Source of the DNA: Betaproteobacteria bacterium
GTDB taxonomy: Bacteria; Pseudomonadota; Gammaproteobacteria; Burkholderiales; Burkholderiaceae_C
Assembly (NCBI GenBank): GCA_010030205.1
Contig: RGQD01000001.1
Location: 1-54,381, forward strand
Reading direction: 5' to 3'
Length of the DNA stretch: 54,381 nt
Below, one piece after another: positions 19,001 to 28,120 of this stretch. Made by a program: the position numbers and the translations under genes. The notes beneath the pieces are model-generated. The model made no database searches and was not told the DNA's origin. It saw nothing but the letters and a program-made list of their open reading frames with translations. Each line of letters starts with the position of its first letter. Position 1 is the first letter of the stretch.

Positions 19001-20313
19001 GATGACTTGTTTCCAGGCTGGTCGGTTGGTGTGATGCGGCTCACCAGCACCTTGTCGACGCGCTTGCCATCGAGGTCGACCACCTCGAAACGCCAAGCAT
19101 CCCATTCCACCACATCAGTGGTCTGTGGCAGCCGGCCCAGCAAGAGCATCACCATGCCGGCCAGCGTGTTGTAGCGGCCTCGATCCTCCTCAGGCAGCTC
19201 ACGGATCTCAAGCCTGTCCTTCATCTCGGGCACCGGGATCAGGCCGTCCATCAGCCAGCTACCATCGGCGCGCCGAACCGCCCAAGCGTCGTCGGCGCTG
19301 GGTGGGCTGAATTCGCCGGTGATGGCTTCGAGCACATCGCGCACGGTGATCACGCCTTGCACGGCGCCGTACTCATCGACGACGAACACCAGTTCGGCGC
19401 CGGTGGCCCTGAAGTGGTCCAGCAGTTCCATGCCCGACAAGGTCTCGGGCACGAACACCGGCGCATGCATCAACTCGGCCAGATTCGGCAACTCGCCGCG
19501 CGACAAGGGCAGCAACAAGTCCTGGGCCTGGATCACGCCCACCACGTCGTCGAGGCCGTCACGGCAGACCGGGTAGCGTGAGTGGCCGTTGGTCGTCATC
19601 TGCGACAGCAATTCGGGCAGCGGCGCGTTCTGGGCCAGCCAGGTGATCTCGGCGCGCGGGATCATCATCGAGCCGATCTGGCGCTCGTCGAGGCGGAACA
19701 CGTTGCGCACCATCTGGTGCTCCTGGGCCTCGATCACGCCAGCGTCCAGGCCCTCTTCGAGGCTGGCGGCGATCTCTTCCTCGGTCACGCTGCGCGAAGG
19801 CGCGTTGCGGATGCCCAGCAAGCGCAGCGTGGCCTGGGTACAGGCCGACAGCAGCCAGACGAAAGGCCGCACCGCTGACGACAGCATGTCCATCGGCCGC
19901 GCCACCAGCACCGCCACCCGCTCGGGGTACATCTGGCCCAAGCGCTTGGGCACCAACTCGCCAAAGATGATGGTCAGGAAAGTGATGATCACGACCACCA
20001 GTGCGGTCGCGGTGACGTCCATCGCGCGGTGGCCGAGCAGCGGGAAGATCTTCAACAACCAACTCGCCAAAGGCTGCGAGAAAGCCGCGTCGCCGACGAT
20101 GCCGTTGAGCACGCCGATCGAGGTGATGCCGATCTGCACGGTCGACAGCCATTTGGTCGGGTCGTCGTGCAGCACCTGAGCGGCTGTCGCGCCGGGCTCG
20201 CCAGCTTCGACCATCACCGCCAGCCTGGCCTTGCGTGACGCGGTCAGCGCCATTTCGGACATCGCGAACAAGGCGTTGACCAGTATCAGAAAAACCAGCA
20301 GCGCAACTTCCAT
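18997..20313 (-). CDS. CorC/HlyC (CNNM-CBS-CorC) hemolysin-family transporter
   Basis: FAMSEMAL, STVQIGIT, GELVPKR, CBS pair (HSRYPV, VVDEYG), CorC tail (FEVVDLDGKRVDKVL). Confidence 0.92.
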   Translation of the reverse strand: MEVALLVFLILVNALFAMSEMALTASRKARLAVMVEAGEPGATAAQVLHDDPTKWLSTVQIGITSIGVLNGIVGDAAFSQPLASWLLKIFPLLGHRAMDVTATALVVVIITFLTIIFGELVPKRLGQMYPERVAVLVARPMDMLSSAVRPFVWLLSACTQATLRLLGIRNAPSRSVTEEEIAASLEEGLDAGVIEAQEHQMVRNVFRLDERQIGSMMIPRAEITWLAQNAPLPELLSQMTTNGHSRYPVCRDGLDDVVGVIQAQDLLLPLSRGELPNLAELMHAPVFVPETLSGMELLDHFRATGAELVFVVDEYGAVQGVITVRDVLEAITGEFSPPSADDAWAVRRADGSWLMDGLIPVPEMKDRLEIRELPEEDRGRYNTLAGMVMLLLGRLPQTTDVVEWDAWRFEVVDLDGKRVDKVLVSRITPTDQPGNKSS

Positions 20314-20376
20314 GCAGTGGCGCCGCGAAAGGCGCCCCCGAAACCTAGACGGCGTCGAGCGTAGCAGAATCGCCCC

Positions 20377-21198
20377 ATGCATTACCTGATAGGCGACCCT
20401 CAAGGCTGTTGCGATGCGCTCGACCGGCTGCTGGCCGAGATCGGCTTCTCGCCATCGCGCGACCATGTCCATGTGCTGGGCGACCTGGTCAACCGAGGCC
20501 CGGCGTCGCTGCGAACGCTGCAGCGATTGATGGCGCTGGGCAATGCTGCGAGCTGCCTGCTGGGCAACCACGACCTGCATTTGCTGGCGCTGTCGGTGGG
20601 GGCGCGCAAGCCGCACCGCAGCGACACGCTAGACGACATCCTCGCCAGCCCACAGCGCGAGGCCTTGCTCGAATGGCTGCGCCACCGCAAGCTCGCCGAC
20701 CAGGCCCAGGGCTGGCTGTTGGTCCACGCCGGCGTCGCGCCACAGTGGGACGCGGTCAAGACGCTGGCGCTGGCCCGGGAGGTCGAGGACGTGCTCACCG
20801 GCCCTGGCATGGCGGATTTCCTGCGGGTGATGTACGGCAACGATCCGGCGCGCTGGGACGACGCACTGACCGGCCCGCGTCGCTGGCGCATGGTGCTCAA
20901 CGTGCTGACACGCATCCGCTACTGCACGCCCGACGGCACGCTGGAGTTCGACACCAAGGACGGCTCGGGCCAAGCACCTGCAGGTCACAGCGCCTGGTTC
21001 GACCACCCCGAGCGGCTGACCCGTGACACGCCGATCGCGTTCGGCCATTGGTCCACGCTGGGGCTGCAAAACCGACCCAATTTGCTCTCGCTCGACACCG
21101 GCTGCGTCTGGGGCGGCGCGCTGACTGCGGTGCGCGTGGACGGCGGCAGGCGCGAAGTGGCGCAGGTGCAGTGCCACCAGGCGCAAGCGCCGGGCTGA
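20377..21198 (+). CDS. apaH: Symmetrical bis(5'-nucleosyl)-tetraphosphatase
   Basis: GDxQGC, GDLVNRGP, LGNHDLHLL, VHAG, FGHWS, LDTGCVWGG. Confidence 0.93.
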   Translation: MHYLIGDPQGCCDALDRLLAEIGFSPSRDHVHVLGDLVNRGPASLRTLQRLMALGNAASCLLGNHDLHLLALSVGARKPHRSDTLDDILASPQREALLEWLRHRKLADQAQGWLLVHAGVAPQWDAVKTLALAREVEDVLTGPGMADFLRVMYGNDPARWDDALTGPRRWRMVLNVLTRIRYCTPDGTLEFDTKDGSGQAPAGHSAWFDHPERLTRDTPIAFGHWSTLGLQNRPNLLSLDTGCVWGGALTAVRVDGGRREVAQVQCHQAQAPG

Positions 21199-21268
21199 AT
21201 TCGGCCTAACTGGGCCGATCGGCTGAGCCTGCAGGCAACACTGACGCGACAATGGCGTCAGGTCTGAA

Positions 21269-21358
21269 GGAAGCGTGGCCGAGTGGTTTAAGGCTGCAGT
21301 CTTGAAAACTGCCGTGGGGGTAACTCCACCGTGAGTTCGAATCTCACCGCTTCCGCCA
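21269..21358 (+). tRNA. tRNA-Ser (anticodon TGA)
   Basis: GGAAGCG/CGCTTCC acceptor stem, GCAGT-CTTGAAA-ACTGC anticodon arm, long variable arm, GTTCGAATC T-loop, encoded CCA; 90 nt. Confidence 0.97.
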
Positions 21359-21479
21359 GTTCACCAAAAAATCAATCACCCAGCTTTTTTTCGGCTGTCA
21401 AATTGAAAGCTTTCGGCGAACCATCCTTCTACAGTCGCGCCAAAGCCTGAATGGCGGAGATTGATGCGAGCGCTTGGCC

Positions 21480-22128
21480 TCAGCGCTGACGACCGGCTGT
21501 GACAGCGCCGCCTGTGACCTCCTCCACAAGGTATTGCACGGTGCCGCGCGGCGTTTACAGCACGGCCATGCAGATCTTGCTCTGACGAGCCGACGCCTGG
21601 ACCAAGTTGACCGAGAGGCCCGTAGAGATCTCAGTGCGCTCCAGCGAGATGTCTCGCGGGTTCACGCCCAGGTCTGAGCTGACCCGCTCCAACGTTTGGC
21701 GACCCATGCGTTTCACGGCATTGCACATCTTCACGGTGACGGCGTCTTCAGCTTCGGCTGAAGACGGCTTGCGCGCGGGGGGATCGTCGTCCAGCAGGCC
21801 CAATTCCTTGAACTTGTCGTCGATGCGCATGTCAAGCGCGGCGTCGGCCTCTCGAACTTCCTTGGGCGAATTGGCGCGCCACAAGCTGCCGTCAGCCGGC
21901 CCGCTGACCTACAATCAATTCCGACGGGCCTCCTCGCATGGAAGCGCGGCCAACCGGGTCAGGTCGGGAACGAAGCAGCCCCAACCGTTGCGACCAGTGC
22001 CGAGGGCAAGGCTCGTCACCCCCACTTTTCGACACCCTCTTTGAACGCCAATTTAACTGGTCGTCGAAGGCGGTCGATGCTCGAGATCGAGCCATCTCGA
22101 GCCACTTCGGGTCATTTCGGGCTATCAC
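21480..22128 (-). pseudogene. Decayed hypothetical gene(s) between the kinase-HDOD gene and tRNA-Ser
   Basis: Two short ORFs (21892-22128, 21555-21884). The second frame continues past TAA as TPRGTVQYLVEEVTGG and extends upstream through two stops. No family recognised. Confidence 0.35.
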
Positions 22129-23849
22129 TCAGCGGCGGCTTGAGCAGGCGCAGCCAGTTCACACGCCGAGTCCTGCGCTGCGGCCACCAGATCGCGAATG
22201 CTCAAGCCCAAGGCCCTGCCATAGCGCTGAGCCGCCCGCTGCACAAAGGCTGAGCGCTGATGCTCAGGCAAGGACAAGGCATCGATCAGCTCGTTTGCAC
22301 AACTCGCCGTCAAGCGCAACAGGTCTTGGTCGGCCTCGGTGAAATGCACAGGGACAGACTGCGGCAGACGGCGAACCATCCACAAGGCCTCGTCGTCAAA
22401 CCCCCAGTGGCGGCCCACCGCCGTCCCGAGGGAGTCGACATCGACCCCGAGCACCGCAAGGCAGGCGGACTCCTCGGTCATGCCGGGTTGCTCAGGCTCG
22501 CCCGCAGCAAGCGGAGGCGCTGGCTGCATCAGACGACGAATCTGCGCTGCCTCTTCCGGAAAATGGTACTGCAATGCGAGTCGGCCCAGGTTTTGGAGCA
22601 TGGCCAGCAAGGCCACCAGTTCGGCGTCATAGCCGGCCGGCCGCAAGCACTGCGCCGCCCTTCCCGCCTGTTGAACCCGTGCGATCAACTGTGCCAGTTG
22701 GCCGGCCTGCTCCTCGTCGAGCGACCCGGGCCAAACACGCAAAGCCATGGCCGCGCGGCGCAAACCGTCCAGCCCCACTATCGCGATGGCACGACGCAAG
22801 GTGAGGATTGCGCCGCCACCATCCCCCAATGCGCCTTGCAGTTCGGGACCGTTGGCGCTGCGAAGCAACTCCAAGCTCAAGCAAAGGTCTTGCCTCACGC
22901 TGTCGGCCAGCGCATTGAGGCATTCGCCCTCCATCAGCGCAATCCGGGCCGCTCGGGCTGCGCTTCCTGGCATGGCGGGCAAGAAGCCCGAGACGCGCAT
23001 CCGGTCAAGCAACAAGCGGATGGGTTCGCCGCCAGAATTCGCATCGGTGCGCGCCCAGCCGTCGATGGCGCCTTCCAAAGTCCGCGCGTTGCGGTAGCGC
23101 TGACGCGGTTGGCGCTCGGTGGCGCGGTTGACGATCGATCGCAAGGCCTCCGGAATCGGCCTAGGGGTCGACCTGGGCAGCCGAACGCTGTCGCGACCTC
23201 GGGGTGGCATGCGGTCGATCACCGCACCGACATCCGGCAAACCCAGCGCTGGCTCGCCAGCCAGCGCATGGTGAAGCACCAGGCCAAATGCCAACAGATC
23301 GCGCTCAGCCTCCTGGCGCTGAACCTGCATGCTGGGCGCTGGATCTTGCGGCGCCAGCGTCGCGCCGAGTCCTAACAGGCGGCTGCTTCCGTCCTGCTGC
23401 AGCAAGAACATGCAGGCCTGCAAATCACCGTGCACAACACCGGCTTCGTGGGCAAATGCCAGCGCCTGCAAAACCTCCATCGCCCAGCGCATCAACTCGA
23501 CCAGTGGCAGGGCTTGGCTACCGAGCCGATCAGCCATCGTGATGGCCTGGCCACCGTCATAGGCCAGGTAAGGCCAGGCGCCATGCTCGCCAACTTCCAG
23601 CACCGAGGCCAGCCCAGGATGCTTGATTCGGGCCACATGGTGCGCGGCAGCCAGCCACTTCTGCAAACCGACAGCATCGGCAGGCTGGCGGCGAGGCATC
23701 GCCAGCACCAGCGACCGGCCATCTCGCGGATCAGTCGCCAGCCACAGCAGCGTTCGATCGCTCACGCCCAAAGAGCGCTGCAATTGAAAACGGCCCAGTT
23801 GACGAGGGGCGTTGAATGCCCCGGCTGGATGCGAAGGTAATGCGGCCAT
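22125..23849 (-). CDS. Ser/Thr kinase-like (degenerate) + HDOD domain protein
   Basis: LGRFQLQRSLG, HVARIKHPGL, ALAFAHEAGVVHGDL, RATERQPRQRY; HDOD part LPAMPGS..D..LSLELLRSAN..LRRAIAIVG..LQNLGRL..HWGF. Confidence 0.82.
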   Translation of the reverse strand: MAALPSHPAGAFNAPRQLGRFQLQRSLGVSDRTLLWLATDPRDGRSLVLAMPRRQPADAVGLQKWLAAAHHVARIKHPGLASVLEVGEHGAWPYLAYDGGQAITMADRLGSQALPLVELMRWAMEVLQALAFAHEAGVVHGDLQACMFLLQQDGSSRLLGLGATLAPQDPAPSMQVQRQEAERDLLAFGLVLHHALAGEPALGLPDVGAVIDRMPPRGRDSVRLPRSTPRPIPEALRSIVNRATERQPRQRYRNARTLEGAIDGWARTDANSGGEPIRLLLDRMRVSGFLPAMPGSAARAARIALMEGECLNALADSVRQDLCLSLELLRSANGPELQGALGDGGGAILTLRRAIAIVGLDGLRRAAMALRVWPGSLDEEQAGQLAQLIARVQQAGRAAQCLRPAGYDAELVALLAMLQNLGRLALQYHFPEEAAQIRRLMQPAPPLAAGEPEQPGMTEESACLAVLGVDVDSLGTAVGRHWGFDDEALWMVRRLPQSVPVHFTEADQDLLRLTASCANELIDALSLPEHQRSAFVQRAAQRYGRALGLSIRDLVAAAQDSACELAAPAQAAAE

Positions 23850-24044
23850 GGCGCAGGGATTGATGTGTTCGCCGATTGGACACAAGCCCGCGGCCGGCAA
23901 ACCCGAGAACAAACGGCAGACCGCAGTGCTGTTCGCGCCACAAGCCGAGCCGGTTCGAGCGCACGCGCCGCAGACCTTTGTGCGAAAATGACAAGAGCCT
24001 GTATCAAGGGCTTTTCGCCGCTTCCGGCGCCCCAAGGAACAACG

Positions 24045-24374
24045 ATGAGCAGTGAACTGATCAAGCACACCACCGATGCCACGTTCGAAGTCGACGTGAT
24101 GAAATCGGAAACACTGGTGCTGGTGGACTATTGGGCCGAGTGGTGTGGTCCCTGCAAGATGATCGCGCCCATCCTCGACGAGACCGCCAGGGAACTCGGT
24201 TCGCGCCTTCAGATCACCAAAATGAACGTCGACGAGAACCGCGAGATTCCGGCCAAGTTCGGCATCCGCGGCATCCCGACACTGATGCTGTTCAAGGGCG
24301 GCCAGCTCGCTGCGACCAAAGTTGGCGCTGTGTCCAAGGCGCAGTTGGCGGCATTCATCGAACCGCATCTATAA
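24045..24374 (+). CDS. trxA: Thioredoxin
   Basis: WAEWCGPCKMIAP, GIRGIPTL; upstream of rho. Confidence 0.97.
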   Translation: MSSELIKHTTDATFEVDVMKSETLVLVDYWAEWCGPCKMIAPILDETARELGSRLQITKMNVDENREIPAKFGIRGIPTLMLFKGGQLAATKVGAVSKAQLAAFIEPHL

Positions 24375-24500
24375 TCGTTCAATTGTGAGGGTCAACGCGG
24401 CCGTAAGCGCGCTGACCCAGGCTCAAGCTGCCACGCCTGCCAGAAGTCATCTGGTTCAGCGCGAGGTTTCGGGCAATCGAACAGAAAATCGACAGTTCCA

Positions 24501-24523
24501 CCCGCTGGTTGCGGGATTTTTTT
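24501..24523 (+). terminator. Weak terminator-like hairpin in the trxA-rho spacer
   Basis: CCCGC-TGGTT-GCGGG-A-T7. Confidence 0.45.
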
Positions 24524-24664
24524 CATAACGAGTTCGGCACACTTTGCCGCCGTTCACCGACCCGTCACGGGTATCGGTCCGTCCCTCGACCAGGGTCGCC
24601 ACCCCGCAAGCCCCGCTGTCATGGCCGGGCGCGAATCCACCTCCACCATCCGGTGACTCCTTAA

Positions 24665-25927
24665 ATGCATCTCTCCGAACTGAAGGCGCTCCACGTCTCC
24701 GCACTCATCACGATGGGCGAGGCACTGGAGATCGACAACGTCGCGCGCCTGCGCAAGCAGGAGTTGATGTTTGCCATCATGAAAAAGCGCGCCCGCGGTG
24801 GCGAGCAGGTGTTCGGCGACGGCGTGCTTGAGGTGCTGCCCGATGGCTTCGGCTTCTTGCGCTCGATCGAGGCCAGCTACATGGCCAGCACCGACGACAT
24901 CTACCTGTCGCCGAGCCAGATCCGCCGCTTCAACCTGCACACCGGCGACATGATCGAAGGCGAAGTGCGGGTGCCCAAGGACGGTGAGCGCTACTTCGCG
25001 CTGGTCAAGGTCGACCGCGTCAATGACGTCACGCCCGAGGAGAGCAAGCACAAGATCATGTTCGAGAACTTGACGCCTCTCTTCCCGAAAGAGGCCTTCA
25101 AGCTCGAGCGCGACATCAAGGGCGAGGAAAACATCACCAGTCGCATCATCGACCTGGTCGCACCGATCGGCAAAGGCCAGCGCGCGCTGCTGGTGGCCCA
25201 GCCCAAGACCGGCAAGACGGTGATGATGCAGCACATCGCCCATGCGCTGGTGGCCAACCACCCCGACATCCACATGATCGTGCTGCTGGTCGACGAGCGG
25301 CCCGAGGAAGTGACTGAAATGCAGCGCACCGTGCGCGGCGAGGTGATCTCCTCCACCTTCGACGAACCCGCGGCCCGCCATGTGCAGGTGGCCGAGATGG
25401 TGATCGAGCGCGCCAAGCGTCTGGTCGAGATGAAGAAAGACGTGGTCATCCTGCTCGACTCGATCACCCGACTGGCTAGAGCCTACAACAACGTGCTGCC
25501 GTCGTCGGGCAAGGTATTGACCGGCGGCGTCGATGCCAACGCGCTGCAACGGCCCAAGCGCTTCTTCGGTGCGGCGCGCAACGTCGAAGAAGGCGGATCA
25601 CTGACCATCATCGGCACCGCGCTGATCGACACCGGCTCACGCATGGACGAGGTGATCTACGAGGAATTCAAGGGCACCGGCAACTGCGAGATCCACCTCG
25701 ACCGCCGGATGGCCGAGAAGCGCGTCTACCCCTCGATCCTGATCAACAAGAGCGGCACCCGGCGCGAAGAACTGCTGCTCAAGCCCGAGATCCTTCAAAA
25801 GACTTGGATCCTGCGCAAACTGCTGTACAACATGGACGAGATCGAGGCGATGGAGTTCATGCTCGACAAGATGAAGGCGAGCAAGAACAACCTAGACTTC
25901 TTCGACATGATGCGTCGAGGCGGCTGA
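24665..25927 (+). CDS. rho: Transcription termination factor Rho
   Basis: [53 protein letters not shown]; 420 aa. Confidence 0.98.
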   Translation: MHLSELKALHVSALITMGEALEIDNVARLRKQELMFAIMKKRARGGEQVFGDGVLEVLPDGFGFLRSIEASYMASTDDIYLSPSQIRRFNLHTGDMIEGEVRVPKDGERYFALVKVDRVNDVTPEESKHKIMFENLTPLFPKEAFKLERDIKGEENITSRIIDLVAPIGKGQRALLVAQPKTGKTVMMQHIAHALVANHPDIHMIVLLVDERPEEVTEMQRTVRGEVISSTFDEPAARHVQVAEMVIERAKRLVEMKKDVVILLDSITRLARAYNNVLPSSGKVLTGGVDANALQRPKRFFGAARNVEEGGSLTIIGTALIDTGSRMDEVIYEEFKGTGNCEIHLDRRMAEKRVYPSILINKSGTRREELLLKPEILQKTWILRKLLYNMDEIEAMEFMLDKMKASKNNLDFFDMMRRGG

Positions 25928-26028
25928 AGCGTTACCCACCTATAATCCCAGGTTTCGCGCTTGCGGCAAGTGCGTGGCACCCTGCCACGTGGCTCCCGGC
26001 AACAAGCGTTGTTGAACAAAGGTTCCCC

Positions 26029-26304
26029 ATGAAAGACGGCATTCACCCCAACTACCGCGACGTTTGCTTCGTCGACCTGTCCAACGGCTTCAAGTTCGTG
26101 ACCCGCTCGACGGTCAACACGCGCGAAACCGTCAAGATGGACGACGGCCGCGAACTGCCGATGGTCAAGCTTGAAACCACGAGCGAAACCCATCCGTTCT
26201 ACACCGGCACGCAAAAGAGCATCGACAGCCTGGGTGGCCGGGTCGAGAAGTTCCGCAACAAGTTTGCAAGCCTGGGCATCAACAAGAAGTCCACTGCGGC
26301 CTGA
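26029..26304 (+). CDS. rpmE2: 50S ribosomal protein L31 type B
   Basis: MKDGIHPNYRDVCFVD...SETHPFYTG...GGRVEKFRNKF with no CxxC pairs. TATAAT at 25941-25946. Confidence 0.95.
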   Translation: MKDGIHPNYRDVCFVDLSNGFKFVTRSTVNTRETVKMDDGRELPMVKLETTSETHPFYTGTQKSIDSLGGRVEKFRNKFASLGINKKSTAA

Positions 26305-26364
26305 GCGCCGTCGGTGGACTGGCATGTCAAGACAGCGCAAGAAACTGAATTCTTGACACCACCG

Positions 26365-26388
26365 AAACGGGCCCCGAGGGGCCCGTTT
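26365..26388 (+). terminator. Terminator hairpin after rpmE2
   Basis: AAACGGGCCC-CGAG-GGGCCCGTTT, a perfect 10-bp stem. Confidence 0.7.
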
Positions 26389-26410
26389 GCATGCCGCCGA
26401 TGATTTTCCG

Positions 26411-28120
26411 GTGATCAACAATACCCCCAATCCCGCACTGGTAACCCAGCTGGCCGTGACGCGCTTGCCGCGCCTGGCCTTGCTGCTGTTGTGCGCGGCC
26501 TATGTGCTGCCGGGCCTGATCGGCCGTGATCCCTGGCGAGGCGCTGACCTCAGCGCCTTTGGCCAGATGTTGGCCATCGCCGAGGGACGAGCGCATTGGC
26601 TCAGCCCAGCCCTCGGTGGCGTCAGCACTGGCGCAGCGCTGCTGCCGCATTGGATAGGCGCGCTGGCGATTCAGGCTGGCCATCCCTGGTTAGAGCCGGC
26701 GCTGGCCGCACGACTTCCCTTCGCGATGATGTTGGTGCTGACGCTGGTGGCGGTGTGGTATGCCACGTTTCACCTCGCCCGTAGCGAAGCTGCGCAGCCG
26801 CTGCCGCTGGCTTTCGGCGGCGAGGCCGCACCAGTGGACTATGCCCGAGCGATCGCCGATGGCGCGTTGCTGGCACTGATCGCCACGCTCGGATTGCTGC
26901 AGCTTGGACACGAGACCACCCCTGAATTGGCACAACTGGCCTCGGTGGCGAGTCTCCAATGGGCCGTCGCGTCGGCACCGCATCGTGGCTGGCAATCCCG
27001 CCTCGGCGTTGCGCTGGGCTTGCCGGCGCTGGCCGCCAGCGGCGCCCCTGCGATGGCACTGCTCTGGGGCATGGGCGCAGCGCTGTTGTGCCTGCGCAGC
27101 AGCAATACTGGGCTCAAAGCACTGGCACCCTGGCTGGCTGTCGCCACCATAGCCGCAGCGATGGTGGCCTGGATCAGCGGCAGCTGGGCTTGGCGAATCG
27201 CGCCCATTCTCGAGTTGCGACAGTTGGCCCGGCTGTGGCTGTGGTTTCTATGGCCCGCCTGGCCGATGGCGCTGTGGACGCTGTGGTGCTGGCGCCGCCA
27301 GTTGGGCCAACACCATCTGGCGATTCCGTTGCTGGGCTTGCTGGTCGCCACAGCCGGTTGCGTGGCAATGGGCAGCTCAGACCGCGCGCTGATGCTGGGA
27401 GTGCCCGGTGTCGCCGTGCTGGCAGCCTTCGCCTTGCCAACGCTGCAGCGCGCCAGTACCGCAGCGATCGACTGGCTCTCGGTATTCTTTTTCACGTTGA
27501 GCGCGCTGATCATCTGGATCTTTTATGGCGCGATGCAGACCGGCGTGCCAGCAGCCGCGCAAGCCGCCGTGCAGCGATTGGCGCCTGGCTTCGAGCCTGT
27601 TCTGTCGCTGCCTGCGCTAGGCCTGGGCTTGCTCGCAACCCTGGCCTGGATCGCGCTGGTTCGCTGGCGCACCACTCGCCACCGGCCGGTGATCTGGAAG
27701 AGCCTGGTGCTGCCAGCGGGTGGCGTGGCGCTGTGCTGGCTGCTGCTGATGACGCTGGGTTTACCGCTGTTGGACTACGCCCGCAGCAACCGGACGCTGG
27801 CCGCGCGCTTGCTTCAACATCTCAGCGCTGCGGTCTGCATCGCAGCGCCGGATGCGTCGAATTCGTTGGTCGCTGCCTTGGAGTTCCATGGCAAGCGTTT
27901 GGTCAACGCCAGCGCCAACGCGACTGAATGCCCGGTGCTGGTCAAGCTGCTGATCGAGCGCGGCCCGGCGGCCGGCGCAAGCGCCGCTGCTTACGAAGAA
28001 CTGCGCAAACAGGGCTGGCACGAAGTGGCGCGGGTGCGCGGGCCTACCGAGCGCACCGAGATCGTCGTGATTTTTCGCCGTACGCCGGGCTCACCGAACC
28101 CGGTCGTGCTAAGCCGCTGA
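26411..28120 (+). CDS. ArnT/PMT-like (GT-C) multi-pass membrane protein
   Basis: YVLPGLIGRDPW..D..AFG.M, LGHETTPELAQL, many TM helices. Start uncertain (GTG 26411). Confidence 0.65.
   Translation: MINNTPNPALVTQLAVTRLPRLALLLLCAAYVLPGLIGRDPWRGADLSAFGQMLAIAEGRAHWLSPALGGVSTGAALLPHWIGALAIQAGHPWLEPALAARLPFAMMLVLTLVAVWYATFHLARSEAAQPLPLAFGGEAAPVDYARAIADGALLALIATLGLLQLGHETTPELAQLASVASLQWAVASAPHRGWQSRLGVALGLPALAASGAPAMALLWGMGAALLCLRSSNTGLKALAPWLAVATIAAAMVAWISGSWAWRIAPILELRQLARLWLWFLWPAWPMALWTLWCWRRQLGQHHLAIPLLGLLVATAGCVAMGSSDRALMLGVPGVAVLAAFALPTLQRASTAAIDWLSVFFFTLSALIIWIFYGAMQTGVPAAAQAAVQRLAPGFEPVLSLPALGLGLLATLAWIALVRWRTTRHRPVIWKSLVLPAGGVALCWLLLMTLGLPLLDYARSNRTLAARLLQHLSAAVCIAAPDASNSLVAALEFHGKRLVNASANATECPVLVKLLIERGPAAGASAAAYEELRKQGWHEVARVRGPTERTEIVVIFRRTPGSPNPVVLSR

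Noticed and set aside
20392-20412. ApaH motif I reads GDPQGC rather than GD(L/V/I)QGC
   Set aside because: A one-base change at a non-ligand position that may be a sequence error; all other motifs are intact.
23850-24368. 747-aa version of the kinase-HDOD ORF
   Set aside because: The extension is the antisense of trxA and its spacer; kinase homology begins after ATG 23849.
28109-28120. 12-bp convergent overlap of phoR and the ArnT-like gene
   Set aside because: Short 3' overlaps are common in GC-rich genomes.
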